This document shows positions 1 through 11,061 of a stretch of DNA of 64,000 nucleotides, piece after piece; the stretch's first letter is position 1; every line of letters starts with the position of its first letter. Source of the stretch: Podarcis melisellensis. Lineage: Eukaryota. The translations under genes and the position numbers were made by a program. The notes under the pieces were generated by a model that was not told where the DNA came from, did not search any database, and saw nothing but the letters and a program-made list of their open reading frames with translations. The stretch lies in NCBI GenBank assembly GCA_964234715.1, contig OZ174277.1; one strand, written 5' to 3'.

Positions 1-208
1 ATCTCACTTTATTGGCCGAGGGAGCTTCCGGGTCATGTGGCCAACATGACTAAGCCACTTCTGGTGAACCAGAGCAGCGCACGGAAATGCCGTTTACCTT
101 CCCACCGGAGCGGTACCTATTTATCTACTTGCACTTTGATGTGCTTTTGAACTGCTAGGTTGGCAGGAGCAGGGACCGAACAACGGGAGCTCACCCCGTC
201 GCAGGGAT
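1..208 (-). mobile_element. Sauria SINE, partial (5' head missing, 3' end outside the window)
   Basis: Shares GCCGTTTACCTTCCC, CCTATTTATCTACTTGCA and AACTGCTA.GTTGGCAGG blocks with the full copy at 40853-41216. Confidence 0.85.
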
Positions 209-559
209 ACTTTTTACTGAACAATCAGTATTTTGTTTTGTTCAGTTTCATAGGTAGGGACAGAATAGACTTCTGCCCCAACTAGAACCTGAGCCAGCTG
301 GCTAGCTAGGTTTCAATTGGAGCAGAAACATCATTTGAAGTAGATCAAGAAGCAGTTTGTTTCTGGCTCTGCTAAAACTCTCCAGTGCATAACAAGATGA
401 ACAGTGACTCCTGTATTTTATTCTTGCTGTTTTCCAGCTACTTAACTACTGATTCAAGTAACACATGCACACAGGTTTCATAAGAACATAATCAAAAAAA
501 CGAATGCTAAGGATCAGTGATAGTGGCCTGCCTACGGCGAGTTCATGTATGATCTGGGA

Positions 560-856
560 TTCATGCAGTGAATAGTTAAACTACAGAACTTCCACAGAAG
601 GCAGTGATGTCCACCAACTTTAGAAAGAATTGGACAAATTCATGGAGTATAATGCTGTCAGTGATTACTAGCCATGATGGCTATGCTCTGCCTCCATGGT
701 CACAGGCTGGAAACCTCAGGAGGAGAGAGTGCTATTGGTTCTCAGGGTTTATGGGTTTCCCCATAGTCTTCTGGTCAGCCACTGTGAGAAAAGGATGCTG
801 AACTAGATGGGCCATTAGCCCGATTCAGCATGCTCTTAGGTTAAAATGCTCTTATG
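560..856 (+). mobile_element. CR1 LINE 3' fragment
   Basis: GAATTGGACAAATTCATGGAG (ORF2 end), GGATGCTGAACTAGATGGGCC and a GCTCTTATG terminus typical of squamate CR1 3' UTRs. Confidence 0.7.
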
Positions 857-3329
857 CAGATTATAACTCATGCTTTTAATCACTGCTATATGCCAAGATT
901 CATCTTCAAAAACATTTTAATTGATGAAGGGATTCTCCAAAACATTGGTTTAAAACCATTGACACAAACCCTGCAAAAACGAGATGTTCACTGCGTATTA
1001 CACACAGGTCCGCACAAAGGGATGATTAGCAATGCTCTCTAGCAACTTTCTCCCCCAGATATGAGATGACTCCAGGCCCAGCACCAACATATGGCAATTG
1101 TGGCATCCCAATTAGGATTAATATTTCTGCCACTGGACTACTACTGTCCCATCTGCTGGGCAGTGGCAGGAACAGAGAGGGATGGCTAGGCCAGTGGGGC
1201 ATGCCTTAACTTGCCTCCATCACATGCTAAAGGACTCCAGTCATGGTATTGGTGAGTACTGGAGATGAGCTCTGGCCAGTACTACAACCAAGAGGCCCTC
1301 AGTTCCTGCTCACTTTCACTTGGCATCACCACCATGGGTAGGTAGGCAGGCAGAGGTTGTGGGGTGGGCATCACTAGGGGCTAATGAGGGCAGCTTGCTC
1401 AGTGTTACCCAAAACCTGGAGTCAGGCTAGATAATTACTTTGCAGATATTTGCTATGCATTGCTTCTGCTTCAGCGGACATTGAGCTAACAATGAAACCC
1501 TACTTAGAGGAGCATGCCTTATCCTTGGATACAATCAGAGTGAGACTCTGACTTTAGGAAGATAAGAAAGCTAAGGAAATACATGCTTGATAGTAAAGAT
1601 CCTAGTTTTGTTTAACTAAGGTGGAGATGCAAAGAGCCATGCTTTTGCTTTGTTCTTAGCAGGAGAAACATAAAAAAGTCTCCTCTCCTAATGTAAAGAT
1701 GAAGAAGAGAAAGAAGTAGAAAGTGAGGCCACCAGCCCTGTCTAGCATGGAAAGGTCAGCAGAGGTTATATTAGAATGATAACAGAGGTTCCTCTACCTA
1801 CTTTCTTCCCATGCAAATCTTCAGTCATCAATACAACCTGAGTCCAAAACGTCCAACACACAACACTCTTGAATCCAGATAATAGTTTGTAGGTTTTAGC
1901 AATTCTGTGTGCCATCCAGTCATACTACAGGATCAGTGGGAGGGGAGCAAAATGGGGAAGAATGAAGTCACTGCTAATCCTGCTATTCCTACATCTTTTT
2001 TTTCTAGAAGCACTGAGCATAGGCATCATTCGCAAGTCATCTAGCAACTGGAAAACAAGTTCCATGCTCATCAACTGAAATTTTTCAAATTTCAAAAAAA
2101 AGAAAAAAAGATTAGCACTGCATACGTATGGAATGCATCCTACATCTGACTTTTTTAAATTCCAAGGTCTGCTTTCTTATTTTAAAGTAGTATTACATTT
2201 GTGATAAAAGGGGTATACAACAGACAATCATGCAGTTGCTATCTTAAAAAGTAAGAATTTTTATCCAAATTGCATCTCATGTGCTTATCTACTGAAGATA
2301 GTGGCGTTCTGCTGAATATGGGCTCCTTTTGTTTCTAGAGGAGGTCTCTCAAGTTCAGAAGCAGAGTTGGATAAGAAACTGATTTTCCATGGAGCAAGAT
2401 GTTCTAGACAGATATCAGATATCCAATTCTTAATTGGGATAAAAAATGCTTTGAGAAGAAATTTAAAGTTCAATGTATAAGTTTTAGATGATTAATCAGT
2501 ATATAAATCCTACTAGTTAAATAAATCAATAAATGTTGCTATTGTTTTGATAGCACTGCAAGTATATTCAGTCTTGGCCAACAGACTTAGCACACAAATA
2601 CTTTTAAAGTACAATATATATAGGGAAGAATACGAAGAGAGATTCAGCATCTACCAAAAAACTCAGAGTCAAAAAGCATCATGATAATAAGAATAATGCA
2701 GCTGGTGCTAATGCTATTTACATGAATGAAATCCGATTATCCCCCTCATTTTGGCATTGTGTAGAAACAAGCATACTTATTTCTGTTTTTTGGGTTATCC
2801 CTTTAGTAAATACTGTGTAGAGCTTAATGAGATGTATGCTTGCTATGTTTCACCCAGTTTGACCTATTGTTCCATTAGAAATTCCCTAGGAATGATATAG
2901 AGCTGAAGAATTTCCTCTTTACATGAAGGAATAGCATCCAAGATACAGACTAGTTCACACCATATGCAGAACACATGTCTTTTGCTTATTCAGCTTATAC
3001 ATATTGAAAAGAAAGCACAGATGTTCTGGAGTTTTGTCAGCTAAAAAAGTTAAAAAATTATACGTGGCTCATCTACACATCAGCGGCCACTGTTGAAGAA
3101 TAAATCGTTTGTAAATTCATCCCTTATTCACTTTAGTATCTGTCTTGGCTCACTTGCTCAAGTTCTTTGTTCTTTCTTTCATCTCCGAATATTTCCAAAC
3201 ATCTTATTGGAGGACCTCTTTGCCTGGAACACACCTAACTGGATCTAAAACAGCAGCCCCCTCCACTCCACCAATTCCTCTCTCCTGCTGCAGCCCCCTT
3301 CATGCCCCACTCTAAAATATGGGGGTTTT

Positions 3330-3665
3330 TTTATTTTTACTATAAGAATATTTATAGGCTGCCGATCTGACTGGGTTGCCCAAGCCACTCCAGCAAAATA
3401 TAAAAACACAGTAAAACATCAATAATTAAAACCTTCCCAATACAGGCCTTCAGATGTGTTTGGAAAGTTGTATAGTTATCTATCCTCTTGACATGTGATG
3501 GGAGGCAACCTACAGGGTGGGTGCCACTACCAAGAAGGCCCTCTGCCTGGTTCCCTGTAACTTCACTTCTCACAGTGAGGGAACCACCAGAAGGCCCTTG
3601 GAAGTGGACTTCGGTGGTGACGCTCCCTAAGGTACACAGGGCTGAGGCTGTTTAGGGCTTTAAAG
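3330..3665 (-). mobile_element. L2 LINE 3' fragment
   Basis: Minus-strand translation FKALNSLSPVYLRER (L2 ORF2 C-terminus), followed by a 3' UTR and an A-rich tail. Confidence 0.75.
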
Positions 3666-4129
3666 AGGGTCCCTTGACCCTCAAGTGTAGCTTCTTCCCA
3701 GGGAGTGCAGGGGGTTGAACGCAGAGGGAGGTACAAGAAAGCCCCATTGCAAATGTGGGGTTGTGCTTGTTTATGTCTCAAAGAATTATGCCACTTTATA
3801 ATAAAAAATTCTAAGCAGTTTACATAATAGCAATAAAATGTCCTGAAGGCTAAATTTAAAAGATAAAAGCAAGTTAAAACATTCATATATATATATATAT
3901 ATGCATGAGAGTCAGAGCCCAGAAAACCTTGAGTAAATATATGTTTGTAAGAAGTGTTTAAATATCATTACTACCACCATCTCAATCTTCTGAATAACTG
4001 GAGGGGGGGAGCAGAGGGGCTGTGCTATCACAAGGCTATATTATGACCAATTGACAAACTGCTGAGCAAGAAATGACCAGTGAAGTCTCCCTCAACAATC
4101 TTAGAGATCAGCTTGCTCTATACTATGAG

Positions 4130-6010
4130 ACAAGAACAGTCTGCTAGGTATCATGATACCAAGTCATTTAGGGCTTTCAACGTCAGCAACAAAACCTTTC
4201 TTTGCAGCTAATATGGAGACAGTGCAGATGAATATGTGTAAAGTAACATGTGTTCCACTAAGCACCCTAGCGGCTACAATTTGCATTAGTTACAGCTTCC
4301 AAATCAGGCATAACAAGTAAGGTTACCAATGTATGGACCATACATAGCAAGGCCAAGAACAGCCATAGTTGGCATAAATAAATAAATAAAGTGTTCCAAG
4401 TCACCTGGGTCTCCCGTGACAATGGTGAAACAAGGAGTCCTAGGCACCTGCTCCTTCGTGGGAATGCAAATCCATCCAGAGCTGGTATGCAACCAAGTTA
4501 CAAGATCTGGAAACCACTCATCCATAGGGTCCCCATCAGAGTTCATTAGTAGTTTACAGCCTCTTACTGCACCCAGACATCAGTTTACTACATGCACAGC
4601 CTCTCCTGATTCAGAAGTTACAGAGAAATAGAGTTGGTTACTATCAGCATGATGTTGCCATGTCCAAATTCCATTGCCAAGTAAGCAAGGGCTGGAAGTC
4701 TCTGAGGAACTCTTACCTGAGAGCTGAATCCACATACAAAGTCCAACTGCTCAGTAGGAAACAGCAAGGTAGGACCAGGAACTACATGCATTGCTTCCAG
4801 CATCTGACTGCTGTTGAGGCCAAAGCCAGCTGGTTCTCATCAGCACCAGCTGGCTCTCATCAGTGCCTTTTCCTCTGTGAAGGCTGATCAGCTGCAGGTG
4901 GAGTCATTCCCCTTTCTCCCCTTTTAGGCTGCTGTTCAGCAGGCGAAGCTGACTCCTGGCCCTTGTCAATACTGGTGAAATTTTGCCTCAATTATCCTAA
5001 TGACCACACCCAGGGGCTTCATTTTGATATTAAATAGCATTGGGGACAAAACTGAGCCCACAGATCAACTACTAGATGTCTGAGGTACAGTGGCCCAGTA
5101 CTACTCTCTGAAGCCGACCCCACAATTGGGAATTAGATCATCATAAAATGGTGTTCCCAACCCCCAGCTCACTGAGGCAGAAGGATACCATGGTCAATAG
5201 CATCAAAAGTCACTGGGAGTTCCAGGAGAAGCAACAGGGTCATACTTTCCATGTCCCTCTCCTATAAAAGGAAGCCATCAAGGTGAGTATGGTTGATTAA
5301 ATCCTAAAACTGGGTCTGAAGCTGCATTGCCACCATCCCTTTTGATCACCTTACCCCCCAAAGAGAGTCCTAATGACCCAGCATTAAACCTCTGGGTACA
5401 GGTGAGGACAAATTATTTCAGGAGTGGCAGCATCACCATCTCCTTCAAGGAAGCAGGAACTACCCCATCACACAGGCAGCTTGTCCACATCCTCAGGCTT
5501 CAGTAACTGTAACTGATTCAACAAAATCAGGCAAGATAATATATCCAACATCTCAATGGCAGCACTCCTGTTCCACTCAGACTTTCTCTGGAACCAGTCC
5601 AACAAGAGTGTTATCCAATTCTGTTATCCTTGTGTTCAGAGCCTTTGATCCAACAGATGGGTCTACTAATGGAAGAAGAGAGGAGGTGATTTTTGTTTGT
5701 GTGAGAGAGTGGTCATTTTCTCCTTCCTTCTGCAATCCCCTGTGCCCAACTGAAAATCAGTTATAGAAAGTGGGAGGACCCACCACAACAGAGTGACATT
5801 GTGGGCTGCTGGTAGAAGGCCAAAGCGGGTAGAGGAGAATCCACTCCTGCCTTTTTTCATCAGTGGAGGCATGTGTTGGATCGAAACCTCTTCCATCAGC
5901 ACAAGAGCATCAATTGGATTCCATGCACCATCTTGACTACATGGACACTTGAGAGCCAGCCCAACAGACTTGTTTTGCTGTGCTGGTGGTGTTCAGGCCT
6001 TCCGGTCAAC
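4130..6010 (-). mobile_element. Degenerate L2 LINE ORF2 (reverse transcriptase) fragment, interrupted at 4651-4970
   Basis: Minus-strand remnants LLLLLELPVTFDAIDHGILL (canonical LLDLSAAFDTIDH) near 5180-5240, and HQY/ADSNQLYFS (YADD motif) split by an insertion. Many stops and frameshifts. Confidence 0.8.
4651..4970. mobile_element. Unclassified ~320-bp insertion (possible solo LTR) inside the L2 YADD motif
   Basis: Removing it restores the L2 reading HQYADSNQLYFS on the minus strand. Confidence 0.5.
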
Positions 6011-7264
6011 AATGATTTGTGATTTAAGAACAGGGATATGCCTAACTTTCTGAACTCTTAATAAGAAAACAGACTGTTGGTTGTACAACAATCATGGCAA
6101 ATGATCTATGGTCAAATAAATTATTTTTATGCAAGTAAAGGAAAAACACAAAAGGTCAGAGTAAGCAAAATAAAAAGCTGCTGCATGGGAAAAAGATAAG
6201 TAATAAATTATTATATTATTATAATGGCTTAGAACCTAAGCAGTTGTCCTAATATGGAGTGAAATTAAAGCTACATCATAAAAAATGACTGCAGCCCTGC
6301 ACAAATGACATACCTTAGAATCATGCAAACATAGTAGGGCAAAGCATTAGAGCTGGGAAAGAAACCTACTGAGCACTAGTATTACACTGGCTTTAGTGGA
6401 ACTTGTCCTGAAGCAAGACACAACATTCCTATTGAAATGAATGGAACTTGAGTAATGTCATGGATTGGCTGATTACATTTGCAGAATGCAATTTCATGTT
6501 CCTCTGAAGAAAATATGACCAGGACAATGCTGACATGAAACTGAAGTGGTACTGGAAATATTTCATGGACTTCCTCCATTTAATCAGCAAGAAGATAGTA
6601 TTACCAGGTTGCTTAAGAATACTGAGCTATGTAGCATTTGCTAGACTGATCTTGCCTAAGCACCAAAAGGTTTACTGAACATTTATTACCCAAGTCATGT
6701 TTTTTGTATGCTGCCATCTTGGAATCCTGGCTTTATAGCTGACTTGACAAAGTAGCTCTTGCTCAGTTCCATGTAGAGATAATTAAAACATTCACCCAAT
6801 TCACAGGGACAATTCAAATAAACATTTGCTAGTATTGTTTCGAGAAAGAATGAGTAAAAAAGGAAGATGGGAATGCTATTTTCTTGCCCTGTGGTCATAT
6901 CAGAATAGCATTTATGGCATTTCATGGCAGGCTACCAAAAAACAGGGAGCTTAGTATTTTTCAAGGGATTTGGAACGACTGTCTATTGTAGCTGTAGGTG
7001 CTGTCTATCAGAAAAACTGGAACATAGCCTTACAACAGCATCACAGTTTACTTTTTCAAGAGAGCTAATGTGTTCTTTGAATAAGTTCATCTCTCATGTG
7101 ATCCTTTGCTTTTCATGAGATCTTTTTAGCATTTCCTCAGCTCTCATTCCCTCTAGTAATCTGCAGTTGCTAGCATTTCATTTTGCATTTAATGCCAAAC
7201 CTCATGGAGGATAACACAGCCTGCAGCTTTATTCATGTGACATGGCTTTGAAATAACGAAAGGA

Positions 7265-7267
<3 letters not shown>

Positions 7268-7324
<57 letters not shown>
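7268..7324. repeat. (TA)n microsatellite
   Basis: Pure TA run of ~57 bp. Confidence 0.98.
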
Positions 7325-7327
<3 letters not shown>

Positions 7328-8039
7328 CACATATTGATTGTCAGTAACTGAAGATGCTTGCCAAGTGTATGCAGAGAAAGTCAGTGCAGAAGAGAGCAGC
7401 TCCAGGCTTCTCTTGAGCCCACTGCCCACGCAAAAGTATCAGAAGAACAATGCTTTCCTATGATGTTCACTTTCCGAAACTGAGTCTGATATATACATGA
7501 CAATTCTCCAAAGATTTCCTAGTTTTACTGAGGCAATATATTGTTTTGTTATTATAATCATGCCTCTGGTACATTGAGGAGAAAAATTAATGGAGTAAAA
7601 AGGCTTTGCTCTCCAGTGTGTTTCTTCTGCTGTTTTAATGATAATGGCTGGAAGATAACTAACGTTTAACTTTTTGTCTTGCTTTTCAGGCTTTATTAAA
7701 GAGTCCAAAACCTTATTCTTTTTACCCTTATAAACACAATTCACACTTGAACTTCCTGTTTGTCTCTGCTTCTGTACATTTCTGCAGTGACACCCTCATT
7801 ATTAGGGATAAAACATCTGCAATGTTTGGACAGCAATGCAAAGTAATAAGAGCAAGTTGTGCTCTTCTTCGTAGAAAACACCCAGAATCTATCTATTGGA
7901 CAGGAACTGCTGTATTTGCACTGTCACATTATAACTCAAAAGTGACAGTGCTGGATGCTCCACAAACCCTCTTTAATTCTGTGATTGTAAGTAGTGTAGA
8001 ATACTGCAAACAATTATGTGCCACATTCCTCAGTTAGTA

Positions 8040-8745
8040 GATATCATCTTTGGACCAGTGGTCTCTATCTTGGTGAACTTTCCAGTACATTTCCAATCAG
8101 GAGTTTTGGAGTAGAGCTCTATATCTCTGTTCCATCTGAACTGGGAGAGGTGCTTGGGGCACAAGACTAGTGCTTTGATGCAGTGTTGAGCTGGATGTAG
8201 GCCAACCAATTGAAACTGAACCATGAAAAATCAGAGGTGTTGTGTGTTCCAAGTTCTCAGGTCCAGAAGGTGACTAGAAGGCCTGTTCTGGATAGGGCTG
8301 TACTTCACTGGAAGGAGCAAATTCCTGGACTGGAATTTGTCACGTGAGGCTCAAGATGCCTCAGTAGCTAAGAAGCCCTAGTTCCAGTTCTGGCTGGTTC
8401 AGCAGCTGTGGCCCATTTTGGACAGATATGACTTGGTCAAAGTATTCCATGCTCTGGTAACTTCCAGACTGGAGTATTGCAATGCACTCTGCATGGTGCT
8501 GCACTCAAAAACAATTCAGAACCTTTAAATGGTCCAGAATGCAGCAGCCAGATTACTGGTTGGGGTTCCCTTTAGAACTAATATAAACTATGTTTTGAAA
8601 GAGCTAGATTCATTGCCAGTTCATTTCCAGGCACAATTTGAGGTGCCCACATTGGTGTTTAGGACTTTAAACATCTAAGGCCTGAAAGATACCCTTCTTC
8701 TTTACAGATGTACTCAGACATTAAGATCCGCAGAGCAGACCATTG
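8040..8745 (+). mobile_element. L2 LINE ORF2 C-terminal fragment
   Basis: Translation ALVTSRLEYCNAL...VQNAAARLL (8451-8560), a hallmark of L2 ORF2. Confidence 0.85.
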
Positions 8746-8810
8746 TTGTTACTATTATTATTATTATCATTATCATTATCATCATCATCATTATCATTAT
8801 TATTATTATT
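8743..8810. repeat. (TTA)n/(TCA)n microsatellite, tail of a minus-strand L2
   Basis: Direct reading of the sequence. Confidence 0.9.
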
Positions 8811-8986
8811 CCTATACCACCCTCATGGAGGAAACACAGAGGAGGCACAAAAATACATATACTAACAAACAGAAACAATAACCCCACATAAACAGTTTAA
8901 AAGGCCATAGTTTGTTTGTTTGATTAGTCAAAGGCCCAGGAGAAGAGGAATGTTTTTGTCTGCTGCCTAAAAGTATTTATTTTTTT

Positions 8987-9029
<43 letters not shown>

Positions 9030-9255
9030 TTTCTATACTGTCCTTTATCCAAGGACTGCAGGGCATGCTGTTGCCTGGAACCTAAATATATGCAATTAAT
9101 GTGCCAGGCTAGCCTTCCTGGGGAGAGCATTCCACAAGGCCTGTTCTTGTGTTGCCACCCTCTGGACCTTTTCATGGAGGAGGCCCATAAAGAAGGGTCT
9201 CAGATGATGATTATAGGATCTGGGTCAGTTTATAGGGAGAGAGGTAGTCCGCTTG
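8790..9255 (-). mobile_element. L2 3' fragment nested in the plus-strand L2, itself interrupted by a (TTTA)n-tailed short fragment at ~8974-9065
   Basis: GGGAGAGCATTCCACAAGG, AAGGCCTGTTCTTGTGTTGCCACC and TATACCACCC tail motifs typical of L2 3' ends in reverse. Confidence 0.7.
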
Positions 9256-9271
9256 GTAGTTCAGAAGTTGG

Positions 9272-9274
<3 letters not shown>

Positions 9275-9304
<30 letters not shown>
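9275..9304. repeat. (GT)15 microsatellite
   Basis: Direct reading of the sequence. Confidence 0.97.
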
Positions 9305-9306
<2 letters not shown>

Positions 9307-9590
9307 GCCTGGGAGAGGGAATTCTCTGCGGAAACTCCTAGTTTATGGAATTCCCTCCCCACAAGGGTGGGTTGAGCACCTTCATTATGTAGCTTCTATC
9401 ATATGCAGAAGATTCATCTCTCTACCCTGGCCTTTGACACTTGAGGTATATGTTTTCAGGACTCACACTATTCCTGTGACTGTAATTTGATTTAAACCGT
9501 TTTTAATATTTAATTTTAAATTGTTGTAACCCACCCTGGGGCCTTATGACAAAGAGTAGGTAATAAATTGAAATAACAAAAACAAAAACA
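9305..9590 (+). mobile_element. L2 3' UTR and tail, probable continuation of the 8040-8745 element
   Basis: TTGTTGTAACCCACCCTGGGGCC...GTAATAAATTG followed by a (CAAAAA)n tail. Confidence 0.65.
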
Positions 9591-10955
9591 GTAAATCCCA
9601 GAGATTTCAGGATTAGAATACAACCCTCCCACAGTGCAGTGATTTCTGTATAATTTTGCTCCGACCCCCAGTACTGTGTGTTCAAAAGAATGTCTAGAAA
9701 TGTAGGCTATTCTGTGGCATTATGCAGCATCCTAAGAATCCCATTTTTGCTTCCATTATGTCCAGCATTTACCAATGCATTCCAAATTCTTCAAGCAAAT
9801 CAAAAACTTGGAAGTAGAAGAAAGAGATTGCTAAACTGAAGACATGAGAACTGCGTTGGAATTCTACAGTGAAATCAGAACTATTGTCTAAAACAAAACA
9901 ACATCCCCAATCTATTTTAATGAAACCAAGTTCACTGAAACCTAATCAGGAATGTAGCAGAACTGAATACCAACCATCACCACCAATTTCTCCCTTTATT
10001 TATGTAGCGTATTGAATTAACGGTAAAACAAGAAATATTAAGGGGAAATAGCATGTGAGATTCTGCTCAATGTCTGCATAAGTCCCTTTCCGTATGTGGG
10101 TTTTATCTGTCAGCCAGAAAGCACATGAAAGAAAGAAAGAAATGCACACATGCCAAAGAGCCACAAAGTCTCCCAGCTGAACTGCTAGAGCAATGCCTCT
10201 CACATGTCTTTGGAATCTTACAACTGCCAGATCTAAATCAGGATTACTGTTGCAGTGGTGGTGGTGGTGTAGTTAATACAGAAAACAATCTTAAGCATGT
10301 TTACTCTGAAGTCAGTTCCACAGAGTTCAGCTGAGCTTATTCCTGGCTTAGCATACATTGGACTGAAGCCATGGAACCACTTCATACTATGGGTAAGTAG
10401 GATTCAGTCTGAGAGCCAGAAAGAGAGGCCTAGAGGGCCACTTTCACTCCTCAAACCTAAAGCTCCCACCCCTGCTTAAGACCTTTCATGTATTCTGCTC
10501 ATAGTATAATGAATAAATTCAGATAATTAATGTGTCCAAGGAAAATCAAGGGACTCAAGAAATGAACTTTCTGTAGTTCTCTGAAGCTATAATGTCTACA
10601 TAAATGGCTATTTTCTTTTTACAAGCCATTTCTTTTTCATATATGACTAATTATTAAAAATGCTGTAGTTGTAAGTATCTTACTTAGTTTTATTAATTTT
10701 GAAATTAACTATGTAAGGGATTTATGCGATGTTAATTTCCTCTATATGAGTTCAATTAAAATGAGTCATACAAAACAGAATCAAGACCGTATCTTTTCAA
10801 GTTAGTGAAGAAAATGTTAGAGTGGGACATAAATATGGTTCTATTTACCTTGCCTCATCATATTTTCAAAGGGTCAGTGAGAAGCTTTTCATTTGTTGCT
10901 GGCCTCTGTCTAACCTAAATATTTTTTCAACTGTGGTTTTCTAAATATTTACAAT

Positions 10956-11061
10956 GGGTTATACCCCATTGCATTCTACTCAAAGTAAACCCATTAAAAC
11001 TAGTCATCCTCGTGAATTTCAATAGGTCTACTTTGAGTATGACTAGCACTGCATGTAGCCC
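10956..11061. repeat. Short palindromic interspersed element (MITE-like)
   Basis: Arms 10977-10999 and 11017-11039 are reverse complements at 20/23 positions, with outer GGGTTA/TAGCCC ends. Confidence 0.65.
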
